Below are positions 1 to 10,699 of a DNA stretch of 64,000 nt, piece by piece; within the stretch, counting starts at the first letter, position 1, and each line of letters opens with the position of its first letter. The notes below the pieces were generated by a model. That model ran no database searches, was not told where the DNA came from, and saw only the letters and a program-made list of their open reading frames with translations. This stretch comes from Alphaproteobacteria bacterium. Lineage in GTDB: Bacteria > Pseudomonadota > Alphaproteobacteria > SP197. The stretch is taken from the NCBI GenBank assembly GCA_964291415.2, contig OZ219918.1, positions 864,001-928,000 on the forward strand, read 5' to 3'. Position numbers and translations under genes: made by a program.

Positions 1-439
1 AATGGGCGCCCGGAATACCGTCGGCAACGATCGCCAGGCGCTCTTCCACCCGGCGGCGCTCCTCGGCCGTGCGTCCGGCGATGCCGGAGAGAAGAACGAG
101 CCGGTCCAGGCGACAGGGGTGGGCCAGGGCAACGCCCTGGGCGATGAGAGCTCCCAGGGAGTGGCCCGCGAGGTGGCAGGATCCGATACCGAAATGATCC
201 ATCACGGCGACGACGTCGCCGACGAAATCGTCGATGTGATAGGGGCCGGGCGGCTTGCCCGAGGCGCCGTGGCCCCTGAGGTCCAGGCGAATGGTGCGGA
301 ACCCGTCGCCCAGGCAGGACACCACCTCATCCCAGGCATCCAGGGACGCACCAACACCATGAACGAGCACGAGATCGGTCCCCTCGCCCTCCTCGCGAAC
401 ACGCAGAGGGACACCGCCACTGTCGATCGTGTGCTGCAT
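1..439 (-). CDS. Alpha/beta hydrolase (PcaD-like), runs off the window edge
   Basis: Not in the ORF track. Manual translation from ATG at 439 gives MQHTIDSGGVPLRVREEGEGTDLVLVHGVG...DLRGHG...GHSLG (nucleophile elbow). Start overlaps the mlaC stop (TGATG). Confidence 0.85.
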   Translation of the reverse strand, partial: MQHTIDSGGVPLRVREEGEGTDLVLVHGVGASLDAWDEVVSCLGDGFRTIRLDLRGHGASGKPPGPYHIDDFVGDVVAVMDHFGIGSCHLAGHSLGALIAQGVALAHPCRLDRLVLLSGIAGRTAEERRRVEERLAIVADGIPGAH

Positions 440-1050
440 CAAAGGGCCGATTCGGAGATGTTGCTTTCGATGAGTGCGGTCAGCCCCTCGATGCCGTCGC
501 GCCGGATCACTCCGGCAAACTCGTCACGCAGCGTCTTCACCATGGACAGTCCCTCGATGGCGAAATCCGTGAGCCGCCACTCACCATCTTCGTAGTTGCT
601 GATCCGGAAGTCGACAACGGTACGGTCGCCATCCGGTGAACCGATGGTGGTGCGCACGACGACATCGTTGTCGTTCAGGGCACGGGACCGTTCCACCTTC
701 AGCTTGTAGCCGGAGAAGGTTGCCAGCCGCCTTTCGTATGTGATGACGATATAGGCGTGGAAGGCGTTCGTGTAGGCCCGCAACTCGGCGTCCGTCGCCA
801 CATCGCGATAACGGCCGAGCGCTCGGTTGGCCATGCCGTCATGATCGACGGTCGATGCGATCCACCCTGCGAAGATGTTCCGTCGCTCGGAGCCTGGCGG
901 AAGGCTCACGATGTCCAGAAGGCGTTCCGCCTTTTGGGCCACGAAATCGGTTGCCTCTTCCAGGGAACCGGCGCTGACCGGTGTCCAGAGGAATGCCGCC
1001 AGAACAACCGCCGGCGCGATGTGTTGCCAGAGGTGCCGTCCCATGGTCAC
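439..1050 (-). CDS. mlaC: MlaC/Ttg2D phospholipid-binding periplasmic protein
   Basis: Signal peptide, ALGRY motif, C-terminal WRLTDFAIEGLSMVKTLRDEF; directly downstream of an mlaA-like gene. Confidence 0.85.
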   Translation of the reverse strand: MTMGRHLWQHIAPAVVLAAFLWTPVSAGSLEEATDFVAQKAERLLDIVSLPPGSERRNIFAGWIASTVDHDGMANRALGRYRDVATDAELRAYTNAFHAYIVITYERRLATFSGYKLKVERSRALNDNDVVVRTTIGSPDGDRTVVDFRISNYEDGEWRLTDFAIEGLSMVKTLRDEFAGVIRRDGIEGLTALIESNISESAL

Positions 1051-1796
1051 TCCTCAAAGAACTCGTCAAGTCCGAAGGGGTCGGCCACTCCGTTGGCAAT
1101 CGCGCGCGCCCGAGCCTGACGATAGAGAGTGCGCGTCGTGGCGTAGAAGTCAATGGCGCCCAGTCTTGCCTCCTCGATCCGGTCGAGTTCGCGTGCCGTG
1201 CTGTCGACGACATCGGCGCCGGTCCGCATGTAACTCCACGCCGGAGTCAGCAACCACGTGAGGGGATCGGTCAGAATGTCAACTCCCAGGCCGACGGTGT
1301 CCCTGGCAGTTGATGGTCCGGCGAACGGCAGGACGAGATAGGGACCTTCCTCGAATCCCCAGACGGCAAGTGTCTGCCCGAAATCCTCCTTGTGGGGTTT
1401 CCGGCCCGAATTGGCGGGGATGTCGAACAGTCCTCCGATACCGGCGGTCGAATTGATGAAGAAGGATGCGGTCGCTTCGGCCATGTTGTCGAAGTCGCCC
1501 TGCAGGCCGCTGTTGAGAATGGTGACCGGCATCTGGAGGTTGTCGAGCACATTGCCGACGCCATCGCGTACCGGTCCGGGAACATGATCCCGGTAGGCGA
1601 GAGCGACCGGGCTCAGCGCATGGTCGAGAATGGCCACGTCAAAATCGAACACGGTACGGTTGGCGGGCTCAAGTGGATCGTTTGTCTCGATGAAGGTTTC
1701 ATGCTCCACAGGGTCATCCGGAACCTGGGCGCAGGCAACGGCAAGCAGGGCAACAGCAACAACGGTCGGCACCCTCATCACGCGCGACTTCGACAT
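1047..1796 (-). CDS. mlaA: MlaA/VacJ lipoprotein
   Basis: Lipobox LAVAC; NDPLEPANR, EDFGQTLAVWG and GPYLVLPFAGPST motifs. Start taken at MSKSR inside the long track ORF. Confidence 0.9.
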   Translation of the reverse strand: MSKSRVMRVPTVVAVALLAVACAQVPDDPVEHETFIETNDPLEPANRTVFDFDVAILDHALSPVALAYRDHVPGPVRDGVGNVLDNLQMPVTILNSGLQGDFDNMAEATASFFINSTAGIGGLFDIPANSGRKPHKEDFGQTLAVWGFEEGPYLVLPFAGPSTARDTVGLGVDILTDPLTWLLTPAWSYMRTGADVVDSTARELDRIEEARLGAIDFYATTRTLYRQARARAIANGVADPFGLDEFFEE

Positions 1797-2012
1797 GCAA
1801 CCATCCTGCTCACCACCGGTGCCGGGCACCCCCGGAGTCGTTGCCGCACCATAAGTCAGCGCCGTATGACGCGACAACAGCAATCTCGGATTCCGCCAAC
1901 CGGTCGATACACCGCCTTCGCGGCCGAGGGCCAATTGACAGCACCACTGCGGGAACGGATAGTCGGGGGAAGGATTTTTCCCCACATCATTTTCCGGATA
2001 CGGCAGAGTGTC

Positions 2013-3185
2013 ATGACCGAACCTCTCATGCAGACCTATGCCCGCTTCGATCTCGAGTTCGTGCGGGGGTCGGGTTCCTGGCTCTACACGAAGGATGGCG
2101 AGCGCTACCTCGACTTTGGCAGTGGTATCGCTGTCACGAGCCTGGGGCATGCCCATCCCAGGCTTGTCGACGCCATCACGCAGCAGGCCGGCGAACTGTG
2201 GCACACATCCAATCTCTACAGGATTCCCAATCAGGAACGGCTGGCCCGGCGCCTCGTCGACACGACCTTCGCATCGAACGTGTTCTTCGCCAACTCGGGC
2301 GCCGAAGCCATCGAGTGCGCGCTGAAGACGGCACGGCGATGCCAGTACACCAGGGGGCATCCGGAGCGATACCGCACCATCACCTTCGGCGGCGCCTTCC
2401 ACGGGCGCACGCTGACAACCATTGCCGCGGGAGGTGCCGCCAAGCATCTGGAAGGATTCGGTCCTCCGGCAGACGGATTCGACCAGGTTCCGCTCCACGA
2501 TTCGAACGCCCTGCGCGAAGCCATCGGGCCGGAGACGGCAGCCATTCTTCTTGAACCGGTCCAGGGTGAAGGCGGCATCACGCCGGTCAGCCACACGTTC
2601 CTCGAGATGGTGCGCCGTGCGGCTGACGAGTTCGGCCTGCTGGTGATCTACGATGAGGTCCAGTGTGGCATGGGCCGCACAGGCCGGCTGTTTGCCCATG
2701 AGTGGAGCGGCATCACCCCCGACATCATGGCTGTGGCAAAGGCGCTGGGTGGCGGATTTCCCATTGGCGCCTGCCTGGCGACCGGCGAAGCGGCTGAAGC
2801 ACTGGTGCCGGGAAGCCATGGATCCACCTTCGGCGGCAATCCACTCGCCACGGCCGTTGCCAATGCCGTGCTCGACGTCATGCTGGAAGAGGGTTTCTTC
2901 GAAACGGTCCGCACGAAAGCCGACCGGCTCCGGCGTGGTGTGGAGGGGATCGTTGCGCGCCATCCCGCAGTCCTGGATCACGTGCGCGGCGTGGGCTTCA
3001 TGCTGGGCATCAGGAGTCATGTGCCGCCGGCCGACGTGGTTGACGCCATGACCCGCCGTCATGTGCTGACAGTTCCGGCGGGTGACAACATGGTTCGATT
3101 CCTGCCGCCGCTCGTGGTGACCGACGAGGAAGTCGACGTGGCTCTCGAGGCGCTTGACGGGGCAGCGGGCGAGCTTGCGCCATGA
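2013..3185 (+). CDS. argD: Acetylornithine aminotransferase
   Basis: NSGAEAIE, FHGRT, DEVQCGMGRTG, AKALGGGFPIG, HGSTFGGNPLA; coupled to argF. Confidence 0.93.
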   Translation: MTEPLMQTYARFDLEFVRGSGSWLYTKDGERYLDFGSGIAVTSLGHAHPRLVDAITQQAGELWHTSNLYRIPNQERLARRLVDTTFASNVFFANSGAEAIECALKTARRCQYTRGHPERYRTITFGGAFHGRTLTTIAAGGAAKHLEGFGPPADGFDQVPLHDSNALREAIGPETAAILLEPVQGEGGITPVSHTFLEMVRRAADEFGLLVIYDEVQCGMGRTGRLFAHEWSGITPDIMAVAKALGGGFPIGACLATGEAAEALVPGSHGSTFGGNPLATAVANAVLDVMLEEGFFETVRTKADRLRRGVEGIVARHPAVLDHVRGVGFMLGIRSHVPPADVVDAMTRRHVLTVPAGDNMVRFLPPLVVTDEEVDVALEALDGAAGELAP

Positions 3186-4102
3186 ACCCGGTGCGCCACT
3201 TCCTCGACATTTCGGAGCTGGGGGAGCCTCATCTTCGCGCCTTGCTCGAGAGTGCCCATGATCTCAAGCGGCGATGGCACGAAAATGACCGGCCGCGGCC
3301 ACTTCTCGACAAGGTTCTGGCCACCATCTTCGAGAAGCCGTCCACCCGTACGCGGGTGTCGTTTGATGTCGCGATGCGTCAGCTCGGCGGTCATGTCATC
3401 AACCTGGCGCCAGGCGACATGCAGCTTGGCCGCGGCGAGTCGATCGCCGATACGGCACGGGTGCTCTCCCGCTACGTCGATGCCATCATGATTCGCACGA
3501 CAGATCACGCCAAGATGCTCGATCTGGCAAGCCACGCGACGGTGCCCGTGATCAACGGACTGACTGACCGCACCCATCCCTCGCAGCTGATGGCCGATGT
3601 CATGACTGTCGAAGAGCACCTCGGGCCGATCTCGGAGAGGACCGTCGCCTGGGCCGGTGACGGCAACAACATGGCCTGCTCGTGGATTCACGCAGCGGCC
3701 CGTTTCGGCTTCGAGCTGCGTATCGCCTGCCCGCCCCGCTACCGGCCTCCTGGGGAAGTTGTCGACTGGGCCCTGGCGCACGATGCGAGTGTGCACATCA
3801 TCGACACCCTCGATGAGGCTCTCCGGGATGCAGACTGCGTGGTGACCGATACCTGGGTATCCATGAGCGACGTACGCGCCCGGACCGGGGACATCGACAC
3901 GACGGCCCTCGAGGCGTTTCGCATTGATGCCAGGGCTATGGCGCTTGCCCGGGACAATGCCATCTTCATGCACTGCATGCCCATGTACCGTGGCAGGGAG
4001 GTGTCCGCGGACGTAGCCGACGGGCCACAGTCGGTGGTGTTCGACGAGGCGGAGAACAGGTTGCATGCCCAGAAAGCGATCCTGGAATGGTGCATGACCT
4101 GA
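3182..4102 (+). CDS. argF: Ornithine carbamoyltransferase
   Basis: FEKPSTRTR, HPSQ, WVSM, HCMP, AENRLH motifs. Confidence 0.95.
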   Translation: MNPVRHFLDISELGEPHLRALLESAHDLKRRWHENDRPRPLLDKVLATIFEKPSTRTRVSFDVAMRQLGGHVINLAPGDMQLGRGESIADTARVLSRYVDAIMIRTTDHAKMLDLASHATVPVINGLTDRTHPSQLMADVMTVEEHLGPISERTVAWAGDGNNMACSWIHAAARFGFELRIACPPRYRPPGEVVDWALAHDASVHIIDTLDEALRDADCVVTDTWVSMSDVRARTGDIDTTALEAFRIDARAMALARDNAIFMHCMPMYRGREVSADVADGPQSVVFDEAENRLHAQKAILEWCMT

Positions 4103-5007
4103 GCATCACGGGCAGGGATGACGCGATCCAGCCCTTCAACCTGGGCGAGATCCATCTGGGTGGACGTCTGGTGCGTCTCGGTCCGGCACTCGACAGGATT
4201 CTCAGCCAGCATGACTACCCGGAAGCGATTTCCAGGGTGCTGGGAGAACTGATCACGATTACCGTGGTCCTGGGTTCCGGTCTCAAGTTCGAGGGACGGA
4301 TGACAGCCGAAACCCGGGGTGACGGGCCTGTCCACCTGCTTGTCGCCGACTACACCAGCGGTGGAGACGTGCGTGCCTATGCAGGATTCGACCGGCAACG
4401 CCTGGAGTCCGGCGCCACCCTTCTTTCCGGCCTGGTCGGCAAGGGGGTTCTCGTGATGACGGTCGATCAGGGTTCGAAAAGCGACCTCTATCAGAGTGTT
4501 GTTGAACTCGACGGATCGGATCTCGCCGACTGCATGCGGGGCTTCTTCCGGCAGTCGGACCAGATCGACACGGCTCTGGAGGTTGCCGTGAAGCGTCAGG
4601 CCGGGGGCTGGCGCAGCGGTGCCATTGCCCTGCAGCGCATTGCCGAACTCGGGCCCGGAGACGAGCCGGTCACCATGGCCGAACGACAGGACGCCTGGAA
4701 CACCACGATGGTCCTGTTGAGTTCGGTCACCGGTGGAGAGTTGACCGATCCCTTCCTGACGTCCCGGGATCTGCTGTACCGTCTCTTTCACGACATCGGT
4801 GTGAGGGTCCATGAACCGAGAGATGTTCGCTTCGCATGCAGCTGCTCGCACACAAGGGCACTGACGATGCTGCGCGGCCTCCCGGCCGACAGCATCGACG
4901 ACTATGTGGTGGACGGCACAATCGAGGTGGTGTGCAAGTTCTGCAACCGCCGCCAGGTGTTTTCTCCTGCGGAGGTGATGCAGCCGCAGGCCTCGACGCT
5001 GAATTGA
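4087..5007 (+). CDS. hslO: Hsp33 redox-regulated chaperone
   Basis: C-terminal CSC...CKFC zinc motif, FRQSDQ; follows argD-argF as usual in alphaproteobacteria. Confidence 0.9.
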   Translation: MVHDLSITGRDDAIQPFNLGEIHLGGRLVRLGPALDRILSQHDYPEAISRVLGELITITVVLGSGLKFEGRMTAETRGDGPVHLLVADYTSGGDVRAYAGFDRQRLESGATLLSGLVGKGVLVMTVDQGSKSDLYQSVVELDGSDLADCMRGFFRQSDQIDTALEVAVKRQAGGWRSGAIALQRIAELGPGDEPVTMAERQDAWNTTMVLLSSVTGGELTDPFLTSRDLLYRLFHDIGVRVHEPRDVRFACSCSHTRALTMLRGLPADSIDDYVVDGTIEVVCKFCNRRQVFSPAEVMQPQASTLN

Positions 5008-5009
5008 CG

Positions 5010-5606
5010 ATGCCCTGCCGCAGAGCCTTCCTTGTGCTGTCCGCGGGCGCTCTCCTTGCCGGCTGCGCGCCTCGACCGGCCATCCGCGCACTGCCGGCGA
5101 TCGGCTTTGCCTCGCCTTCAACCCTGCCTCTTGATGTGGCAGCCGTCACCTTCGTGAATGAGGCGGCCGGCGGGGCCGTCGACGAGCCAGCACGGGACGT
5201 GAGATTCGATCTTTCCGAATGGCCCGGCGACGTGGTCAGGCGCTGGTCCGAGGAACGTCTCCGGGCGGCCGGAGACCGGGGCGAGGCGCGTGTCGTCCTT
5301 CTGGAAAGCCGGTTTGTTGCTGTCCCTCTCGACACGGCAGGGACGTTGGAGGGCTTCTTCACCGACGAGCAGTCGGTCGCCTACGAGGGAACGCTGGCGG
5401 TGAGGATCGAGATTGTCGATCACCCTTCGGGCGGCGGTTTCGCCGAGGCCCGCAGCTATCGCCGACAGACAGTTCCTGAAAGCCTGTCAATCGTGGAGCG
5501 CGAGGAGACGCTCCATGCCCTCTACCAGGACGTTGTCACGGCCCTTGACGAACGGCTCGAGGTGGAGATGGCGGAGCACCTGTGGCGCTGGATCATGAGG
5601 CCCTGA
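5010..5606 (+). CDS. Hypothetical lipoprotein
   Basis: MPCRRAFLVLSAGALLAGC: RR motif plus lipobox; 2 bp after hslO. Confidence 0.75.
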   Translation: MPCRRAFLVLSAGALLAGCAPRPAIRALPAIGFASPSTLPLDVAAVTFVNEAAGGAVDEPARDVRFDLSEWPGDVVRRWSEERLRAAGDRGEARVVLLESRFVAVPLDTAGTLEGFFTDEQSVAYEGTLAVRIEIVDHPSGGGFAEARSYRRQTVPESLSIVEREETLHALYQDVVTALDERLEVEMAEHLWRWIMRP

Positions 5607-5641
5607 TCCACCATTTGTCGACGACACCGTCACGCCAGGTG

Positions 5642-7015
5642 TCAGACCGGCGGGAAGAGGTCGGTACACCCGGTGGCCTGCTCGAAGGCGAAGGCGACCT
5701 GCAGGGCAAGAAGGTCGCGACCTGGAGGAGCAATCACCTGCAATCCCCGGGGGATCCCGGACTCGGAAAAACCGCAGGGAACAGTGGTCGTCGGCAGACC
5801 CACCATGGGAGACACGTAGAGCAGGGTCCAGTCGATCAGGTCGCCGGCCAGGTCGTCGTCGAAGCCGATGGCGTCACAGGGATCGTCAGGCCAAAGCAGG
5901 ACGTCGTTATCCTGGAAGGCGCGGACAAGGTCAGCCCAGACCCGGTGGCGGCAGGCCTCCGCTTCGAGAATGTCCCGGCCGGACATGGCCTCGGCTGCTT
6001 GCGCGCGCCGTGCCAGGCCCGGGTCAACGCCCGGGCCGTGGACAGCGCCGACATCTCGCGCCACACGCTGTTCGCAAAGGCGGTGGCTCATGTCGGAAAC
6101 CCCGCCGACATTGATGTCGCACTGCGTCAGACGAGCCCCGAGACCGCTGAAGACCTCGAGTCCCGCCATGAAGGTGGTGCGGATGGAAGGGTCGACATCG
6201 AGCGATCCGTGATCGCAGCTCCAGCCGATGCTGAGATCGGAGGGATCGATGGCGAGATCGACCGGACCCGCCGGAAAGGGCGGAGCCACGACCACCGGAG
6301 ATCGCGGATCGGGACCGGCCAGTACGGAGAGGAAAAGGGCCGCATCAGCCACCGATCTGGCCATGGGCCCCGGAGAGTTCATGTTGTGCCAGAGGAGGGG
6401 ATTGGGCACATCCGGGACCATCCAGGAGGTCGGACGATGGCCGACGACATTGCACCATGCGGCCGGATTGCGAAGGGACCCTCCGATGTCGGAACCGTCG
6501 GCCAGCGACACCATGCCGGCTGAAAGGGCCGCGGCGCTGCCGCCACTGGAGGCGCCGGGACACAGCCGGGTGTCCCAGGGATTGCGCGTCGCTCCGAACA
6601 CCGGATTGTCGCAGGTGTTGCGCGCCATCGTGAACTCGGGCGTGTTGAGTTTGCCGAGGATGATGGCGCCGGCGCGCCGTTCGCGCTCGACGACGAGGTG
6701 ATCATGATCCGGCACGTGGCGGGCGCAGGCTTGCGATCCCCAGGTGGTGCGAATCCCCCGTGTCGCGAAGCAGTCCTTCACACCGACCGTGAGTCCGTGG
6801 AGGACACCTTCGGCGTTCCCTCGTGCCCGTTCGTCGTCCCTTCTCCGCGCCTCGTCGCGGGCCCGATCCGCATCCAGTGTGACGAAGGCGTTGATCTCCG
6901 GATTGCTCCTCGTGATGCGGGCGATCTGGGCATCGACGAGTTCAAGCGATGACAGCTCGCCCGAGTCCAGCAGCCGCTTGTGTTCGAGGGCCGTCAGATG
7001 ACAGAGATCGGTCAT
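5642..7015 (-). CDS. Amidase-signature family enzyme
   Basis: GVKD, GKLNTPEF, GASSGGSAAA, GSDIGGSLRNPA; ATGA overlap with argE. Confidence 0.9.
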   Translation of the reverse strand: MTDLCHLTALEHKRLLDSGELSSLELVDAQIARITRSNPEINAFVTLDADRARDEARRRDDERARGNAEGVLHGLTVGVKDCFATRGIRTTWGSQACARHVPDHDHLVVERERRAGAIILGKLNTPEFTMARNTCDNPVFGATRNPWDTRLCPGASSGGSAAALSAGMVSLADGSDIGGSLRNPAAWCNVVGHRPTSWMVPDVPNPLLWHNMNSPGPMARSVADAALFLSVLAGPDPRSPVVVAPPFPAGPVDLAIDPSDLSIGWSCDHGSLDVDPSIRTTFMAGLEVFSGLGARLTQCDINVGGVSDMSHRLCEQRVARDVGAVHGPGVDPGLARRAQAAEAMSGRDILEAEACRHRVWADLVRAFQDNDVLLWPDDPCDAIGFDDDLAGDLIDWTLLYVSPMVGLPTTTVPCGFSESGIPRGLQVIAPPGRDLLALQVAFAFEQATGCTDLFPPV

Positions 7016-8154
7016 GCGAGGCGTGCCATGAGCCGGCGCAGGAAGGCGTGGCAGGCCTCGACCTGCTCTATGGCGATGAACTCGTTGGGCTGATGCGCCT
7101 GGGCGATGTCGCCGGGACCGCACACCACGGCGGCGTAGCTGTTTTCCTGGAAGATGCCGGCCTCGGTGCCGAACGATGCCTGGGAGGTGCTGTTGGCACC
7201 GGTCAGCTGAAGGGCGAGTTCGGTTGCCGCTGAAGCGCTGTCCGGCCGGAGCGGCGGCACCCTGGCGCCCGATGTCGTGGTGATGTCGCAGTCCGCGTGG
7301 CGCGTCTGCATGGTCTCTCGCAGTTGTTCGAGACACGCATGGGCCCTGCTTTCGATCTCCGCCGGATCATCCGTCGGCATGGTGCGGAAGTGCCAGTCGA
7401 CATGACAGTCCTGGGCGATGATGTTGCTGGCGGTTCCACCGTTGAGAATCCCCACCTGAATGGTGGTGTAGGGCGGCACGAACCCGAGATCGGGACGGGC
7501 CCGGGCCTGGTATTCCTCGAACAGATCATCGAGGAAGGCGATGAATCGCCCGGCGGCATGGGTGGCGCTCACGCCGATGTGGGTGGCGCTGGAATGGGCC
7601 GGCACGCCCCTGAAGTGCGTGTGGAACACGGCGATCCCCTTGTGGGCATCCACCACCTCCATCAGTGTCGGCTCGCCGATGATGACGGCCGAGGGCCGAA
7701 GATCGCGGCGTTTCAGTTCGCCGATGAGTCCGTGGACACCGAGGCAGCCGACCTCCTCGTCATAGGAAAAGGCAAGGTGAACGGGGCGCTTGAGTCCGCA
7801 GGCGAGAAACTCCGGCACGCACGCCAGGGCAACGGCGATGAAGCTCTTCATGTCACTGGTGCCGCGGCCAAAGAGCCTGCCGCCCTCATCGTGGACTTCG
7901 AAGGGATCGGTGTTCCATGGCTGGCCATCCACCGGCACCACGTCCGTGTGACCGGAAAGCACCACACCTCCCTCCCTGTCGGGCCCCAGGGTCGCGAACA
8001 GGTTCGCCTTGCGGCGTTCGTCGTCGTGAACGAGGGTGCTCGTGACGCCGTGCGACTCCAGATAGTCGGCAATCCAGTGGATCATTTCCAGGTTCGAGCG
8101 GTGGCTCGTGGTGTCGAAGGCAATCAGGCGGCGGATCATGTCGACCGGTGTCAT
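7012..8154 (-). CDS. argE: Acetylornithine deacetylase (M20 family)
   Basis: SGHTDVVP, GRGTSDMK, DEEVGC, GEPT, AHQPNEF. Confidence 0.9.
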   Translation of the reverse strand: MTPVDMIRRLIAFDTTSHRSNLEMIHWIADYLESHGVTSTLVHDDERRKANLFATLGPDREGGVVLSGHTDVVPVDGQPWNTDPFEVHDEGGRLFGRGTSDMKSFIAVALACVPEFLACGLKRPVHLAFSYDEEVGCLGVHGLIGELKRRDLRPSAVIIGEPTLMEVVDAHKGIAVFHTHFRGVPAHSSATHIGVSATHAAGRFIAFLDDLFEEYQARARPDLGFVPPYTTIQVGILNGGTASNIIAQDCHVDWHFRTMPTDDPAEIESRAHACLEQLRETMQTRHADCDITTTSGARVPPLRPDSASAATELALQLTGANSTSQASFGTEAGIFQENSYAAVVCGPGDIAQAHQPNEFIAIEQVEACHAFLRRLMARLA

Positions 8155-8156
8155 GG

Positions 8157-9608
8157 TTACTCTCTCCAGAAATCAGGTGTCACAAGGACGAGGAGCGTCA
8201 GAAACTCGAGTCTGCCCAGGAGCATGCCGATGCACAGAAGGAGTTTCGCAGTATCGGGAAGCTCTGAATAGTTGCCCTGTGGTCCGATGACGGGTCCCAG
8301 TCCCGGTCCGATGTTGGCGAGTGCGGCCACCGCACCCGAAGCACTGGTCACGAAATCGAGGTCGTGCGCCGCCAGACCGGCGGTCAACAGGAAGAAGCCG
8401 GCGACAAAGATGATCAGGAAGGTTGCGACGGACTGCGCCACCGCGTCACTGATGCGCATGTCGTTGTAGTGGGCGATGAACACCCCGTGTGGCTGGATAA
8501 GCCGCCGGAGCTGGATGTAGAGCATGGCAGCGAGAACATGGACGCGGAACATCTTGATGCCACCGGCCGTCGAACCGGTACATCCTCCCAGGAACAGGAG
8601 AATGAAGAAGATGGCGACGGCGAAGCCACCCCAGGCACCGAAATCCTCTGTCGAGTATCCGGTGCTCGTGGCGATGGCCACGACGTTGAATGACACTTCC
8701 CGCAACACGCTCCAGGAGAACATCACGTCGCTGGTCTGGATGGAGCGATAGATGGTCAGGAGGGCAACGACGACGACGATGATGCTCATGAAGAGGCGAA
8801 GCTGGACATCGCGCCACAGCGGGACGAAGTGGCCTCGCGTCATCTGCATGTAGATGACGAAGGGCAGGGCACCCAGGATCATGAACACCATGGCGACGAG
8901 TTCGATCGACTGATTGTCAAAGTGACCGATGGAGCCGTCATGGGTGGAGAAGCCCGCGGTGGACACGGTCGTCATGGCATGGGCCAGGGCATCGAATGTC
9001 GACATGCCGGCGCCCCAGTAGGCAAGGAAGCACAGCACCGAGAACACCGCATAGATGATCGTGATGACGGCGGCGATGCGCACGGTGCGCGGCAGCATCT
9101 TTTCCTGTTCCGACGATTCCGTGCTGAACAGCTGCATGCCGGCAATGCGCAGCATGGGCAGCACGGCAACGGCCGTGACGATGATGCCGATGCCGCCCAG
9201 CCACTGAAGCAGGGCGCGCCACAGCAGGATGCCGGTCTGCCTGGATTGCAGGTCGGTCACGACGGTCGCGCCGGTCGTCGTCAGTCCTGCCGTCGCCTCG
9301 AACAGGGCATCGGTGTAGTCGAGTCCGAGATCGGCGAAGGCAAAGGGCAACGCGGCAAAGGCGCACAGCACGATCCATGAGACGCCCGTGAGGAGGAAGG
9401 CCTGGCGCACGCTCAGTCCCGAGGCGCTCGTGAGGTTGGTGAGAAAGAGCGCCATGCCGACAAACAATGTCAGCGAACCGGCGCCAAGGAACACCAGCCA
9501 GTCATCGTGCCCTTCGACGAGATCGGCCGTCATCGGCAGAAACATGGCCACGGCAAGCATGGAAAGAAGGATGCCCGCAATCTGCAGAATGGGCCTGATA
9601 TCGATCAC
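8157..9608 (-). CDS. trkH: Trk potassium uptake membrane protein
   Basis: GLTTTGAT, QWLGGIG, STAGFS, GCTGSTAGGIK, ANIGPG, LGRLE. Confidence 0.93.
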   Translation of the reverse strand: MIDIRPILQIAGILLSMLAVAMFLPMTADLVEGHDDWLVFLGAGSLTLFVGMALFLTNLTSASGLSVRQAFLLTGVSWIVLCAFAALPFAFADLGLDYTDALFEATAGLTTTGATVVTDLQSRQTGILLWRALLQWLGGIGIIVTAVAVLPMLRIAGMQLFSTESSEQEKMLPRTVRIAAVITIIYAVFSVLCFLAYWGAGMSTFDALAHAMTTVSTAGFSTHDGSIGHFDNQSIELVAMVFMILGALPFVIYMQMTRGHFVPLWRDVQLRLFMSIIVVVVALLTIYRSIQTSDVMFSWSVLREVSFNVVAIATSTGYSTEDFGAWGGFAVAIFFILLFLGGCTGSTAGGIKMFRVHVLAAMLYIQLRRLIQPHGVFIAHYNDMRISDAVAQSVATFLIIFVAGFFLLTAGLAAHDLDFVTSASGAVAALANIGPGLGPVIGPQGNYSELPDTAKLLLCIGMLLGRLEFLTLLVLVTPDFWRE

Positions 9609-9642
9609 GGACGTGTCCCGCTCTTCGAGGATCCGACGTGTG

Positions 9643-10248
9643 CTATGTCGAAATCCCCGGTACGGGGTTGCCGATATAGGCCAGAAACTCGCGACGCGTT
9701 GCCGATTTGATGCGGAAGTCGCCAAGCATGCGGCTGGTCACCATGGTGACGCCCGGCTTGTGGACGCCGCGTGTGGTCATGCAGTGATGGGTGGCCTCGA
9801 CGACGACGCCCACGCCCCTTGGCTCGAGAATGTCGTTGATGGTATCCGCGATCTGTGCCGTCAGGCGTTCCTGAATCTGCAGCCGCCGCGAATAGATCTC
9901 CACCATGCGGGCCAGCTTGGATATGCCGACGACCCGCGAACGAGGCATGTAGGCAATATGACACTGGCCGATGACAGGGGCGAGGTGGTGTTCGCAGTGG
10001 GATTCGAAGCGGACGTTCCTGAGGGCGATCATCTCGTCGTAGCCCTCTGTCTCGTCGAAGGTCCTGGCCAGGAAGCTGGCCGGGTCCATGCCGTAGCCGG
10101 TGAACCACTCGCGGTAGGCGTTCACCACGCGTGACGGAGTGTCCAGAAGCCCCGGGCGCTCGGGGTCGTCGCCAGCCCAGCGTATCAGTGTCCTGACCGC
10201 CTCCTCGGCCTCCTCGCGGGAGGGACTGTCCTCGCAGGATTCGCTCAC
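9643..10248 (-). CDS. folE: GTP cyclohydrolase I
   Basis: [28 protein letters not shown]. Confidence 0.95.
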   Translation of the reverse strand: MSESCEDSPSREEAEEAVRTLIRWAGDDPERPGLLDTPSRVVNAYREWFTGYGMDPASFLARTFDETEGYDEMIALRNVRFESHCEHHLAPVIGQCHIAYMPRSRVVGISKLARMVEIYSRRLQIQERLTAQIADTINDILEPRGVGVVVEATHHCMTTRGVHKPGVTMVTSRMLGDFRIKSATRREFLAYIGNPVPGIST

Positions 10249-10306
10249 GTCTCGACTCCCCGACCGTTGGCAGGTCGGCCCCTCTTATCCCCTGGCGCGT
10301 GAGGGT

Positions 10307-10699
10307 TCAATTGATGCGCCGGGCCTGCCAGGGGCTGTCCAGTGAAAATGCGGGAACCACGGCATCGAACATCTCGCCTGATTCGGCCTGCATCTGGTAG
10401 GTCCCGGCCATGATGCCGGATGGTGTCGAAAGCGGTGTCCCGGAGGTGTACTCGAACGACTCTCCGGGTTGGAGAACGGGTTGTTCACCGACGACACCCG
10501 GCCCCTGGACCTCCTGGAGCTGGCCCCGTCCGTCGGTGATCTTCCAGTGACGGGTCAGAAGCTGCACGGTTTCCTCGCCTTCATTGACGATTCTGACCTG
10601 GTAGGCCCACACGAAGTGATTGCTGTCCGGCTCGGACTGGCTCTCGAGGTAGACCGGGTTGACCGAGATGCGCACACCACGGGTCACTTCTTCGTACAT
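10307..10699 (-). CDS. apaG: ApaG protein
   Basis: QLLTRHWKITD, GPGVVGEQP, FEYTSG. Confidence 0.93.
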   Translation of the reverse strand: MYEEVTRGVRISVNPVYLESQSEPDSNHFVWAYQVRIVNEGEETVQLLTRHWKITDGRGQLQEVQGPGVVGEQPVLQPGESFEYTSGTPLSTPSGIMAGTYQMQAESGEMFDAVVPAFSLDSPWQARRIN